NCBI RefSeq assembly: GCF_044704955.1
Contig: NC_091999.1
Coordinates: 65,658,001-65,722,000, forward strand
Reading direction: 5' to 3'
DNA length: 64,000 nt
Origin: Pristiophorus japonicus
Lineage: Eukaryota
The position numbers were made by a program, and so were the translations under genes. Every line of letters starts with the position of its first letter. The stretch's first letter is position 1. Below are positions 1 through 12,799 of this stretch, piece after piece. The notes under the pieces are model-generated. The model had not been told where the DNA came from. It made no database searches and saw only the letters and a list, made by a program, of their open reading frames with translations.

Positions 1-232
1 TAACTGGGTCCTTAAGTGCAATGGCATTGACTTTTTGCAACACTGCTTCTGCTGCCCCCTTCGCTTTGGGGCTATGTTGATGTCAGTGATGGAACTGTTT
101 AGACGGTGGTCTGCCCAGTACTCGTCAGCTCCTGTTTTGGCATGAATGATGCGCACTTCCTTGCGATCGCTGGCTCGGACCATGGAATAGTCGAGCAGTT
201 GCTAGTGTTTGGAGCGAGGGTGTTTCGATGCT
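1..232 (-). mobile_element. RTE-clade LINE fragment (C-terminal part of the APE endonuclease)
   Basis: Minus strand reads HPRSKH*QLLDYSMVRASDRKEVRII...GADEYWADHRL, matching the RTE APE motif HPRSKHWHLLDYVIVR...DCWTDHRL. Confidence 0.75.
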
Positions 233-271
233 ATGAGACGGGAATTGGCTTGAATAGACTGGCGAGTGATA

Positions 272-2020
272 CTTAATCGGCTGACGGTGGATAGGCAATG
301 TCAAACATTTAAAGATCGCATGGATGAACTTCAACAATTGTACATCCCTGTCTCGAGTAAAAATAAAACGGGGAAGGTGGCTCTGTGAATGTTTAAAAAT
401 GAAAAGAGACATTGAAGTTGAGAACGTGGGAATTGTATAGGGACAGTCTAAGCTAACAAAGAATTCATGGAGGAATAGCCATGACATCTCAGACTCGAGA
501 CTGCGAAATGTTACAACACTGACACATATTGATACAAAACCCACAGCTTGCAGAAAAACCTCAAGGTCTTATTAAATCATGTTATTAACCTGAAACATTA
601 ACAAAAGGTCTTTATTTAAAATCAGACAATACTTAGGTCGGCTTATGAGTGGACAAAGGGAAAGAGGGATCAAAAGCAATAGGTTGAACTAGGATGTCAC
701 TCAAGACCTATCTTGTTATCTTTTGCCGAAAATGTATAACCGTCGTCCCTTTACAATGTAACGTCACCTTGTCCGTAGAAAGTGAGTGCGTTTTATCAGA
801 ATTGCATTCCTTCTGTCTGATAAGGTCCCCGATCGGGATTTGATTTTAAATAAAAGCTTGCTTTGTTTAAAGCACAAACGGTATTCGTTTCAGTAATTTT
901 GCTGAACCAGATTGAGGGAAAACAATCCACATTTACAGCTCAACCGTGGCTAACAAGGGAAATTAAGGATTGTGTTAAATCCAAGGAAGAGGCAAATAAA
1001 TTGGCCAGAAAAAACACCAAAACTGAGGACTGGCAGAATTTTATAATACTGCAGAGGAGGACAAAGGGTTTAATTACGATGGGGAAATAGAGTATGAGTG
1101 GAAGCTTTCTGGGAACATAAAAACTGAATGCAACAGCTTCTATAGATGTGAAGAAAAAAAGATCAGTGAGACAAACGTAGGTCCCTTTCAATCAGATTCA
1201 GGTGAATTTATAATACGGAACAAAGAAATGGTGGACCAGTTAAACAAATACTTTGGTTCTGTATTCACGAAAGAAGAGACAAATAACCTTCCAGAAATAT
1301 TAAGGAACAGAGGATACAGTGAGAAGAAGGAAATTAAGAAAATCCTTATTAGGTGGGAAATTTCGTTAGGAAAGTCCAATAAATCCCTGGAGCCGAATAG
1401 TCTGCATCCCAGCGTACTTTCGGAAGTGACCCTAGATATAGTGGATGCATTGGTGACCATTTTCCAACAGTCTATCGACTCTGGATCGGTTCCTGTGGAC
1501 TGGAGTGTAGTAAACGTAACACCACTTTTTAAGAAGGAGGGAGAGGGAGGCAGGTAATTATAGACCAGTTAGCCAGACATTAGTATTGGGGAAAATGTTG
1601 AAAGCACTTATTAAAGATGAAATAGCAGCACATTTGGAAAGCAGTGACGGGATCGGTCAAAGTTAGCATGGATTTATGAAAAGGAAATCCTGCTTGACTA
1701 ACCTTCTAGAATTTTTTGAGGATGTAACTGGTAGAGTGGACCAGGAATAACCGGTGCATGTGCTGTATTTTGACAAAATTAAAGAATATGATATTGCGGG
1801 TAATGTACTGACGTGGATAGAGAATTGGTTGGCAGAGAGGAAGCAGAAAGTCGGGATAAACGGGTCCTTTTCAGAATGGCAGGCAGTGAGTAGTGCCGTG
1901 CCGCAGGGCTGAGTGCTGGGACGCCAGCTATTTACAATATACATTATTGATTTGGATGAGGGAATTACGTTTAATATCTTCAAGTTTGCAGATGACATTA
2001 AGCTGGGTGGCGGTTTGAGG
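272..2020 (+). mobile_element. CR1-clade LINE ORF2 fragment, split by a solo LTR
   Basis: Peptides AQPWLTREIKD, LNKYFGSVFTKEE, HPSVLSEV, HGFMKRKSCLTNLLEFFEDV and KFADDIKLGG; frameshifted. Confidence 0.95.
384..937 (+). mobile_element. Solo LTR (TG...CA, 4-bp target-site duplication) inserted in CR1
   Basis: Begins TGTGAATG and ends CATTTACA (imperfect inverted termini), flanked by GCTC at 380-383 and 938-941. The CR1 sequence ggtggctc|aaccgtggc rejoins across it. AATAAA near 849. Confidence 0.8.
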
Positions 2021-2266
2021 CTTGTACGGGGCACTTGTTAAAAACTTGCATCTCAAGCAAAATTCAACTAAATATACGTCAATAAGTTCCAAAGATGTTA
2101 AAAATGTTGTGCATTATTTTTTGCTTTTTTGTGCGGGTGTCATGAAGCTCATATTTTTAATAATGCAAATATTAATGGGACACATTGACTATAAGAATGT
2201 CTTTACTTCTAACATTAATAAGAAAGTGACAGAGAAAGAAGGGGCGGAAAAGACAAAGCTTGGAAA

Positions 2267-2269
<3 letters not shown>

Positions 2270-2319
<50 letters not shown>
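2270..2319. repeat. (GA)n microsatellite
   Basis: Pure GA run. Confidence 0.99.
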
Positions 2320-2322
<3 letters not shown>

Positions 2323-2574
2323 TGACACAGATAAGCAGCTCAAGTTAAATTGACACAATGACATACAGGCAGGCAAACAAAGAGTTTGGAGAGATCCTGC
2401 AGTAATTGGATACGAATAACACTCATTGTTGCAAAACTGAAGACAATACTGTCCCTGGGAAACGCCCCTCAGTTACTTAATAAGTGAAGCCTGCCCCTGA
2501 TCTGGATTTAACCTTTAATATCACAAAATGTTTAAACATTCTGTTCTGTTCAATCGAAATCAAAACCAGGCACC

Positions 2575-2971
2575 ATGTGCATCCCGCGTTCCATACTCTT
2601 AATAATGGTCGTGCTGCCCGCTGAGTCTATGTTTAAATGCTCAGTGTCTGTTCATGGGCTATATTTATTCCCAGATATTGTAAACACTTTTATTTTGTTA
2701 CAGGAACGAGTGGCAAAGATTCAGTTTTCTGGATCCGTCTGAACTAAACGTTAAGGAGGAACAGACCACAATACTGAACTGCAGTTCCTCCACATCCGAT
2801 AGATTGCTCTACCTCTTCTGGTTCATCCAGTACCCCGAGGATGCTCAGAGATATTTACTGAGGAGATACAGCAAGGAACTGGGATTCGGCTCAAAGCATG
2901 AAAACGGTTGCTTTAAATGTGTCCGGGACTCCTGTGTCTGATTCTGCCGTGCATCAGTGTGCGCTTCCCTC
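2575..2971 (+). pseudogene. T-cell receptor alpha/delta-type V segment pseudogene 1 (leader 2575-2620, V exon 2704-2971)
   Basis: caccATG leader MCIPRSILLIMVVLP-G with a mutated donor (CTGAGT); acceptor ttgttacag at 2703, phase 1. V exon GTSGKDSV/fs/DPSELNVKEEQTTILNCSSSTSDRLLYLFWFIQYPEDAQRYLLRRY.../fs/KTVALNVSGTPVSDSAVHQCALP retains the first Cys, the Trp and a DSAxxxCAL motif. Followed by an RSS. Confidence 0.88.
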
Positions 2972-3010
2972 CACATTATTACAGGGGAACACACAATCTG
3001 TCCAAAAACC
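2972..3010 (+). other. 23-bp-spacer recombination signal sequence of V1
   Basis: Heptamer CACATTA 2972-2978, exactly 23 nt spacer, nonamer CCAAAAACC 3002-3010. Confidence 0.85.
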
Positions 3011-3370
3011 AGAAAAAGGCTCTCACTCACTCTCATTGAATCAGATCTGTGAACTGGATTGTGAACTGATAATGGATAAAAAAAATAGCATGAAATCTAG
3101 TTTGGCCAAATGACAAATTTCTTTGATGTAACTTCTGTGAAATTCTATGTAATATCGCCTTGATATCAGCTGGTTCTAATGGTCAGTGAGCTGTTCTTTT
3201 AGTGGAAGCCTCTGGCACTGATACCAGAACAACATTAACTACTTCCATTCACTGTCCGACCCGTACATACTGATCCTATTATTGGGCCAACATTTATATT
3301 AATCCCTATGCATTTTGCTGCTGTGAAAACAATGTCACTGCTTTCCCTGTTCCCCGCCCTGATTTCTTGA

Positions 3371-3564
3371 ATTGGAGAACAAAGGATCCGTGAGCTGATT
3401 GGAAGAATTTCAGAAAAAACGGTAGTGAGCTGATTGAATTGGCGAACAATGGAACTGTGAACTGATTGGATGAATTGGAGAAAAAAAAAACCGTTAACTA
3501 ATTGGATGTCACTTGCTGACTCCGACTAGAAAGAACCAATCGGCAGAGAGGCATCTTTCCCAAT
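3371..3564 (+). promoter_or_regulatory. Putative promoter of V2 with clustered CCAAT/Y-box motifs
   Basis: ATTGG at 3371, 3398, 3438, 3465, 3474 and 3501 (CTGATTGG at 3395 and 3462), CCAAT at 3536 and 3560, and a CRE-half-like GATGTCA near 3505, just upstream of the leader ATG at 3628. Confidence 0.4.
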
Positions 3565-3627
3565 CTTGACCAAAACAATACAGGTTCAAACCATTCTGTT
3601 AAAATGTGCCTACAGCTCTCTGCAAAT

Positions 3628-4508
3628 ATGTTCGCTGCGACTTTGTATTTGTTCGTCACAGCTGTAGCTCCATTAACGGGTAGCTTTGCAAGTTAAATAA
3701 CACCGTGTTGAACATCTATACCATACATTTAATCTGTCAATTCCATGAGCACAGAAAGATCAACAGATTGAACTGAAATAAAGAAACCCTTCTGCATCCA
3801 ACTTGACTCAACACTGAGCTCAGCTTTGGGAAACTCGACAAACTCCCAAAGTGTATGTGAGCGGATGGTCTGAGAAGCGATTCAAGCGAATGGCAGAGAG
3901 ACCCGCCCCACACCGCCGGGGCAATGGTGGACTTTGAAAGACACAGGTGTCTTAAAGCCTCGTCACAAGAAGTGACGGTCATGAATTGATCCCGCTGGAA
4001 GGTGCTCATTGTTAATTAACTGAACTTTTAATCAGTTCGTCCACCGCATTCCCATTGCAGCTGTGAGGAAATTCTCTTTAATTTCTGATTAACCGCCCAG
4101 AGTTACATCTCAGACAAGTGTTAGGGGTGACGGGCTGATTGTGGACGATAGACACAATGAAGTGACATTGTTTCATTTAGTATCGCTCTGGGCTCTTCCA
4201 GGGCATGGTCGTGGAAACTCCGTTTCTCAGGTACTGGCTGTAACCACATTAAGTAAAGGAAACGATGTTCATTTGCACAGTAATTATACAACTACAAGCT
4301 TGGTGACGGTTTACCTATTCTGTTACCGCCAGTATTGCAATTGTTCTATGGAATATCTGCTGCATAGAAACAAATACAGAGAGAACTGAGTGAGATTAAA
4401 AGCGGACCGTATTTCCGCGAACTTCAATGATTCGAGTGGAAGCATCCCGCTGAAGTCGTCTGAAAAACAACTGCGAGACTCCGCGATGTATTACAGCGCA
4501 CTGAGTCC
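3628..4508 (+). pseudogene. T-cell receptor alpha/delta-type V segment pseudogene 2 (leader 3628-3679, V exon 4202-4508)
   Basis: Leader MFAATLYLFVTAVAPLT-G|GT; acceptor tcttccag at 4201, phase 1. Single-frame V exon GHGRGNSVSQVLAVTTLSKGNDVHLHSNYTTTSLVTVYLFCYRQY...EYLLHRNKYREN*VRLKADRISANFNDSSGSIPLKSSEKQLRDSAMYYSALSP. Both Cys are Ser, Trp is Cys, one stop at 4387. Followed by an RSS. Confidence 0.9.
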
Positions 4509-4547
4509 CACAGAGGTACAGAGCTTGGCTGGAATGGTACAAGAACG
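4509..4547 (+). other. 23-bp-spacer recombination signal sequence of V2
   Basis: Heptamer CACAGAG 4509-4515, 23-nt spacer 4516-4538, nonamer ACAAGAACG 4539-4547. Confidence 0.88.
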
Positions 4548-4713
4548 GTCATAGCATCGCTCAACATTCCAATACTTTTGTGGAACATTGTGATCAGGGG
4601 CGCGGCTGAGCTGGCTCCTGTATATATGATCAGACCTTGTAATGTTAATTCTAATATATATTCACTTTCATGAATAATAACCAGATAATCAAAAGCACAA
4701 ATGTAGTTAAATT

Positions 4714-5031
4714 AGAAAAAAAAGGTATTGATACAGCGGCTTTCACGACATCTTAAAGTGGTTAACATACAATGAAGTACTTTTGGAGGGTAGTCACATT
4801 GTAATGTAGGGAACGCAGTAGCGATTTTTTGAACAGCAAAATCTCTCAAACAGAAATGTGATAATGACCAGATAGTCTGCTTTCGCAAGTTTTTTTGAGT
4901 AGTAAATATTGACCAGGATAACAGGACAATTCCCCTGTTCTTTTTCGAAATATCGCCATCCATTACATCCTCCATAGTTTCAAACAATTCCTCAGTTTAA
5001 CAGCGCATCCGAAAGGCGACACCTCCGACGT
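4714..5031 (-). mobile_element. Deu-domain SINE (SacSINE1/AmnSINE1-like), 3' part
   Basis: Reverse complement contains GTCGGAGGTGTCGCCTTTCGGATG..GTTAAACTGAGG, CTGGTCATTATCACATT and CCTACATTACAA..GTGACTAC..AAAAGTACTTCATTG, typical of Deu SINEs. Confidence 0.8.
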
Positions 5032-8000
5032 TCCGCTCTATGTGTAGTAGCTCTATCTGATCTTTCCATTCCACTCTGGTACAGTAATTATTTTTGATCT
5101 GTCCATTCCGCTCCCCTCTGCGTGCAGTCGTTCTACTTGTTCAGTCCATTCTTCTCTATCTACAGTAGTTCTATCTGATCTGTCCATTCCCCTCTGTTTG
5201 CAGTAATTCTATCTGATCTATGCAATGCAGAGAGTAGTTCTATCTGATCTGTCCATTCAGCTCTGTGTACAATAATTATATCTAACCTGTCCATTCCACT
5301 CTGTTTACAGTCGTTCGATCTGACCTCTACATTCAGCTCTCTGTATAGTAGTTCTATCTGAGCTGTCCATTCCCCGCTGTGTGTAGTACTTCTATCTGAG
5401 CTGCCCATTCCCCTATGAGTAAAGCATTTCTACCTGACCTGTACATTCCCTTCTGTGTGTAGTACTTTTATCTGAGCTGCCCATTCCCCTCTGAGACTAT
5501 CATTTTAACCTGACCTGTCCATTCCCCTCTTTGTGTTGTACTTCTATCTGAGTTGCCATTCCCCTCTGAGTACAGCATTTCTACCTGACCTGTCCATTCC
5601 CTTCTACGTACAATGGTTCTACCTGACATGTCCATTCCCCTCGGTGTTCATTAAATCTATCTGATTTGTCCAATGCGTACAGTTGTTCTATCTGATCTAT
5701 CCATTGAGCTCTGTGTACAATAGTTCTATCTGACCTGTCCATTCCCCTCTGTGCGTAGTACTTCTATCTGAGCTGCCCATTCCCCTCCGAGTATAGCATT
5801 TCTACCTGACATTTCAATTCCCCTCTGTGTACATTAAATCCATCTGATCTGTGCAATGCGTAAAGTAGTCCTATCTGATCTGTCCATTCAACTCTGTGTA
5901 CAGTAGTTATATCTGACATGTCCATTCCCCTCTGTTTACAGTCGTTCTATCTGATCTGTCCATTCCCCTCTGTGTACAGTAATGCAAACGTATCTGCACA
6001 TTCCTCTCTGTGTACAGTAGTTCTATCTGACCTGTCCATTCCTCGCTCTGTTCAGTACTTCTATCTGAGCTGCCATTCCCCTATATGTATAGTATTTCTA
6101 TCTGATCTCTTCATTTTCCTCTGTGTGTATTAATTCTATCTAATCTCTGCATTTACCTCTGTGTTCACTAGTTCTATTTGCTCTGTCGAATCCCTTACTT
6201 GTACAGTAGTTCTGTCAGAACTCTCCATTACTTTCTGTGTACAGTAGTTCTATCTGATCTGTCGGTTCACGTCCCCTATCTGTGCAGTGGTTCTCTGTGA
6301 TCTATCGATTCCCCCCACCCTCTCTGTACATGAATTCCACCTGAACTCTCTATTCAAATCTATGTGCAGTAGTTCTATCTGATCTGTCCATTCCCCTCCG
6401 TGTACAGTAGTCCTAGCATATCTATCCATTACTCACTGAGTGCACTAGTTCTATCTAATCTGAGCATTCCCCTTTGAGTACAGTAGTTCTGTTTGATATG
6501 TGCATCCCTCTCTGTGTGCAGTAATTATCTTGATCGCTCCATTCCCCTTTGCGTAGAGTAGATTTTTCTGACCTGTTCGTTCCCCTGTATTTAGTAGTTT
6601 TATCTGATCTGCCCATTTCCCTCTATGTGCAGTAGTTATCTAGTCGTGGCCCCCCGACCTGCGAGAGAACAGCTCCGCAGGTTGGGCTACAACAGAGCTG
6701 GAGCTGCGGTCCTGGAACATCTTGGCCTCCGAACTGTGAGAGAACAGCTCTGCAGGTCGCGCTATAAAATAGCTGGATTGGCAGGCCTGGGACATCGTGG
6801 CCCCCCTGACCTGCGGCAAAATAGCTATAAAAGAGCTATTAAAGAGCTGCAGCATACCACTTCAACCTCCAGCACGAGCTGCTTCAAGTGTGCACTGATT
6901 TTGAGATGGACGACTCCGTTTTAGAGCATGGGGATGAACATCGGCTGGGCCCAGTTACAGAGGAGTGGAAAGGTCGGGGCTGATGAGCGGTGATAGATCG
7001 TGCCAGACGTGTGACAGATGAGGGTACGGATCCTAGAAGAGCCGATGGCCCAGGAGCAGTACGGACCAGCCCACACTGCGAAATGTGTGCGCACTAGGAC
7101 CATAGAGCAGAGCAGGACTCCAGTCGTTTTGGTTAATTCTTGCCACTGGACCATGACTTAGCTCTGTCAAGCCCACGGTGGCTGGCGTGCAACGGTCACC
7201 ACACGTTAACAAAATTTCACGCCGAGGCATCTTAAGCCACCTCAATTGGAGTTCAGTACTGGATCATTGGGTCCTTCATCGAAACACCTGTGAACTAGTG
7301 GGAGCAAGTCAGCTTTGTTCGAGGTACCGCCTATGATGATGGTGAATAGTTATATGTGATCAATACATTCTCCTGTATGTACATTACTTCTAGCTGATCT
7401 ATATATTTCCATCTATGTATACTTCTATCTGATCTGACCATTGCCTTCTGTGTGCAGGTGTATCTGATCCGTCCATTCCACTCTATGTACAGTAATTGAA
7501 AAAGATCAACCCATTCCCCTCTATATACACTATTTGTGTCTAATCAGCCCTTTCCACTCTGTGTGCAGTAGTCCCACCTGATCGGTCCCCTCCCATCGAT
7601 GTACAGTAGTTCTAACTCATCTGTTCTATGTGATCTGTCCATTCTCCTCTGTGCGTAGAAGTCCTATCTGATCTCTCCATTCCCGTCTGCATACAGTAGT
7701 GCTATCAGATTGGTACATTCTGTGTACAACCGCTCTATATGATCTGTCAATTCTCGTCTGTGTGCATTCGTTCTATTTTATCTCTCAGTTCACGATCACT
7801 CTGTGTGCAGTGATTCTATCTGATTTGTCCATTGAACTATGTTTTCCGTCGTTCTATCCGTTCTCTCCATTCATCTCCCTTCTGTGTGCATTCTTTCTAA
7901 CTGATCTGCCCATCCACCTTTGTGTACAGTAGTTATTGTTGATATCTCCATTCCGCTCCCCTCTGTGTGCAGTAGTTCTATCTATTCTGAGCATTCCCCT

Positions 8001-8898
8001 CCGTGTGTAGTAATTGTATCTAATTTGCCTATTCCCCTTTGTGTGTAGTAGTTCTATCTGATCTCTACAACCCCTACTGCTTGCAATAGTTCTATCTGAT
8101 CTGGCCGTTCCGCTTCCCTACGTGTGCAGTAGTTCTTTCTGATCTGTCCATTTCCGTCAGTGTACAGGAATTCATTCTGGTCTGTCCATTCCCATCTGTG
8201 TGCGTTAATTCTATCTGGTCTTTCCATTCCCCTCCGTGTGCAGTGGTCCTTTCTGTTCTGTCCATTCCCCTCTGTGTAAAGGAGGTCAGTCTGGTCTGTC
8301 CATTTTCATCTGTGTGCATGAATTCTATCTGGGCTGTTCATTTCCCTCCCGTCTGTGTCAATAGTTCGATCTGATCTGAGCCTTCCCGACTCTGTGCAAT
8401 AGTTCTATCTGACCTGTCCGTTCGCCTGTGTGTAGTAGATCTGTCGTATCTGTCCATTCCCCTTTCTGTACAATAGTTTATCTGATCAGTCCAAATTCCT
8501 CTTTGTAGAGTAATTCTATCCGATCAGCCCATTCACTTCTGTGTGCAGTAATTCTAATTGATCTGTCCATTCCCCTCTCTGTACATTAGTTCAATCTGAT
8601 CTATTCATTTCCCTCTGTTACATTAGCTCTATCTGATCTGTCCATGCCCATACGTGCACAATATTTCTATCTGATCTGTCCATGCCCCTCCCCTCTGTAG
8701 ACAGTAGTTCCATCTGATCTCTCCATTCACCACTGTGTATCGTCTTTCTACCTGAACTTTATTTCCCCTCCCTGTTTTCAGTAATTATATCTAAATCCTC
8801 CATTCCTTCTGTGGGCAGTAGTTCTAAATGATCCATGCATTCCACTCCCCTCTACGTCCAATACATCTATCTGATCTGTCCATTCTCCTCTATGTGCA
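5032..8898. repeat. Degenerate 38-bp minisatellite array
   Basis: Unit approximately CTCTGTGTACAGTAGTTCTATCTGATCTGTCCATTCCC (period 38, e.g. 5171/5209); interrupted at 6643-7343. Confidence 0.97.
6643..7343 (+). mobile_element. Non-autonomous element with an RTE-type 3' tail
   Basis: Ends GAGCAAGTC..TTCGAGGTACCGCCTATGATGATG, like the RTE tails at about 27000 and 56170. Body is homologous to 17237-17827 and to 25775-26085 (reverse). Confidence 0.75.
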
Positions 8899-9860
8899 TG
8901 ACCCTCCCAATCTCACAGTCTCCCGCCCCGCTGTCTCCACACCATGACCAAACCCCAACCACCACTCTCACAGTCTCTCGCCCCGCTGTCCCCACACCAT
9001 GACCACACTACCACCCAATCTCACAGTCTCCTGCCCCGCTGTTGCCACACCATGACCAGCCCCCACACACCCAATCTCACAGTCTCCCGTCCGCTGTCCC
9101 CACGCCATGAGCAGCCCCCCACCCAATCTGACAGTCTCCAGCCCCGCTGTCCCCACACCATGACCACACCGACCCCACCCAATCTCACAGTCTCCCGCCC
9201 CGCTCTCCCCACATCATGGCCGCCTCCAAGCGCACCATTCCCGCCCTGCTGTCTCCGCACCATGACAACCCTGCCTCCTAATCGCACAGTCTCCTGCCCC
9301 GCTGTCCCCACAGTATGACCACCCTGCCACCCAATCGCAAAGTCACCCGCTCCGCTCACCCCACACCATGAACCCCACCAATGTCACAGTCTTCTGCGCG
9401 CTCTACCATACCATGATCCCCCCCACCAATCTCACAGTCTCCCACCCCGCTGTCCCCACACCATGACCTGTCCCCAACTCAATCTCACATTCTCCTGCCC
9501 GCTACCCCCACACCATGACCACACCGCCCCCACCCAATCTCACAGTCTCCCGCCCCGCTCTCCCCACACCATGGCCGCCTCCAATCACACAGTCTCCCGC
9601 CCTGCTGTCTCCGCACCATGACAACCCTGCCTCCCAATCGCACAGTGTCCTGCCCCGCTATCCCCAAACTATGGCCACCCTGCCACCCAATCGCAAAGTC
9701 TCCCGCCCCACTCACCCCACACCATGAACCCCACCAATGTCACAGTCTGCTGCCCGCAATCCCATACCATGAGCTCCCCAACCAATCTCACAGTCTCCCG
9801 CCCCGCTGTCACCACACAATGACCACCTGACTCCCGTCCCCACCCAATCGCACAGTCTCT
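8899..9860. repeat. C-rich ~52-56-bp minisatellite
   Basis: Unit approximately CCAATCTCACAGTCTCCCGCCCCGCTGTCCCCACACCATGACC..., with a higher-order duplication of about 356 bp (near 9180 versus 9536). Confidence 0.95.
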
Positions 9861-10949
9861 TGCACCACTGTGTTCGTTCTGTCCGGTTTTATCGGTTCTG
9901 GTCAATAATTACAACTGCTGTTTGGATTGTTTTTATCCGCTTACATCATTGTGATTTTCGATAGCGGCGCCATTATATTGGATATTCAGGCGGAGCGGAC
10001 CCTGCACACTTCATTGTACCTGTTAATCTGTATTGGCAACGTTTGTTATTTGTTACTTCACAGTCAGTATACGGAATACATTACCGAACATGGTGTTACA
10101 TCACAGTCAGTGTACGGAATATATAAGCGAACATAGTGTTACCAGCAAAAACCATTTCGTATGGAAGCTGCATTAATCAAATGTTCGTCGTCTACAATCG
10201 TCTGGAAGGTGACTTTATAATATTATCTAACATCGTTCATGATCGAAATGTTTTTCTTTGCAACCCACTGCGATATTCAACCATGATCGCAACATCAAAT
10301 CTGATAAAGACTCACCTCGTTCTCTGAGCGATAAACTACTCCGTCGTCTTAGTCTACCTTTGCCTCAGCCTGCGGCTGCCCTTTTGCAGCTGCGAGGTCA
10401 TTTAGATAATAGTCTGCAACTACATGTCCGTGGCCAAGTTTTCCTTCGGAGACATCTCAAGGAATAGCATGTTCTGGAAGTGTGAGATGCTCACTGTCTC
10501 CTTATTGTTATCTGTTTCATTAGCTTCCGTTATTGTAAGATCGGCTTTGCTATTTTCAAGAATAATTCACAGGCGGTGCGGCAGAAGGCGATCCAGAGTT
10601 GTGCCTCCCACCTGTCTGTTTTCTGTATAAATGTTGTGTCTATTTGTCTCATTATTCTACCTTACAGAATTAAATCCATGCCGCCAATTCCCGCAATGTG
10701 ATGATGGCTGTGACGGCATTACATGCTCCGCTCTCAGATCGTGTCACTTACTTTTGGAGAACAAAGCAGGTCGTCTGGTGGGGCGGGGCATGCTTCAAGG
10801 GTCCGCAGAAAACTCGAGTTGGAAACACAACCAGAGTTTCTGTCATTACCTAATGTCAGTTGGTATGAATCACGGAGTAGTTTCTTGCTAACTGTTCAAT
10901 GGCCATATGAACGGCATAAATTGCATGCAGCATATGTAAGATAGATTTA

Positions 10950-11521
10950 CATACACACAGACACGAACTGACAGACTCACTCTCTCTCGCTCTCTCTCTC
11001 ACACAAACACACACAGTGGCACTCTCACACACACCCACTCCCTTTCACACTCTCTCTCACATCCACACTCGCTTTCATACACGCACACACTCACGCTCTC
11101 AAACACACTTACTTACACACCCACTCTCTCTCACAAACACTCACAATTTCACATGCACTGACTCACTACTCTCACACTCTCTCTCTCACATCCACACTGG
11201 CTTTCATACATGCACATATTCACGCTCTCATACACACTTACTCACACGCCCACTCTCTCTCACAAACACTTACACATAGACAAACACACCCACGCACACA
11301 CAGTTTCTCTCTCACACAAACATTGACTCTCTCTCTCTCAAAGACACACATACAGTCACACCCTTACACACGCTAATTCACGTATACACTTTCCCTCACA
11401 AACGCACATAATCTCTCTCTCCACACAGAGACACACACACTCTCACACAAACTGACTCGCACTCACTGACTCTATATCACACGCACACACACACTTTCTC
11501 CCCCACACAAACATACACACA
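10950..11521. repeat. CA/CT low-complexity tract
   Basis: Imperfect (CA)n/(CT)n with internal duplication. Confidence 0.95.
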
Positions 11522-12799
11522 AAATTCAAATATTACTTCTTACTCTCATGTGGGTCAGAAACACAGTCACATTCACCAAGGGAAGTCACAACCATAACTG
11601 CATGTTGAAAGTTGCTGCAATCAATGTTTGGCCTTCATCATTCGCTGATATTGTTGATCCCAGATCGTGTCCAGCCTCCGAATACGTTTACTGCAGGCCG
11701 CGCTTTCATTATTTACTGCATGTAAACGTGCGAAGCTCCACATGTTTTGTTTATCATTTACTACCAATAAACTGTGAGCACCGACTCAGTAATAACTTTG
11801 CAATGAAACGCACAAATCTGATTCTCCATCCGAAACGTATGTTGCCCAATATCTGACTGCTTATATTCAGTTGCATTAAGTAATTGGTGGCTGTCGACAA
11901 ACTTCAAACTTCAAATGGTAGTATTTCAAATATTATTTTTATAGTGTAATTCCCGATGTTGCCGCTTGGATTAATTTCCTTATATTTTAGATATAAACGT
12001 CGATTCGGCTTATTATTGTCCGCAGCATTTTAAACTGACACAATAATGTGCTGACACTTTAATGCCTGTGTAAACATCATGCCTATGCGTAATGTGCGGT
12101 CAATGGGCCAACTACAGAGTAGGGGTGTTTATCTACGCTGCATTACCGAGTTACCTACTGGTATCATATCTCCTCTGAGAAACGAATGTGTCGTGTGCAA
12201 TTTACCCGTACAATCAGGAAAATCACAGATTCGCGCTGTTATTGTGGTTATAAAGCAGCGCCGTTATCAAGTTGAGTTATCAGCCAATATAATTTGTTTT
12301 GTGCTTAAGCAATATATTGATAATAGCAAATGCAATCATTGTATTAAACTAATGTAATCGACACAGTTCTGTGTTGTAGGTTATGAAACAATGTGCAGCA
12401 GAATGCTTAGCTGGAAATACAAGTCGAATACTGATCACTTCTGTGTGTCTGTGTCACATCATAAATCTAATCGCTGTAAAATATGAATCCAAAATTCATC
12501 TAAAATATTGCTGCACCTAATGGACCGATTTTAACAAATACAAAGCAGTTACCAGCTTCTAACCCTCTTGGACACAGCTCCTCATGTCAGATCTGGACCC
12601 TATTGTTCCTGCGCCCGGAAATTAAATATCGGGAAACTAATTAATGCATCGCAGTGATTGACTTCAACAGATGTCGGTTCATCTTGAAAGATCTCACGCT
12701 GTTTGAGAGATGGCGGGTGGAGAATTAGACTGTAGTCTATTCATAGAATATTGGAGAGGTAAGATTTATCATACTCAGAAAAGGGTCAAACATAAGGAA

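Noticed and set aside
8899-9860. Repeated CACAGTC/CACAGTG heptamer-like motifs near the V segments as an RSS array
   Set aside because: No nonamer at 12 or 23 bp in the units checked; part of a minisatellite.
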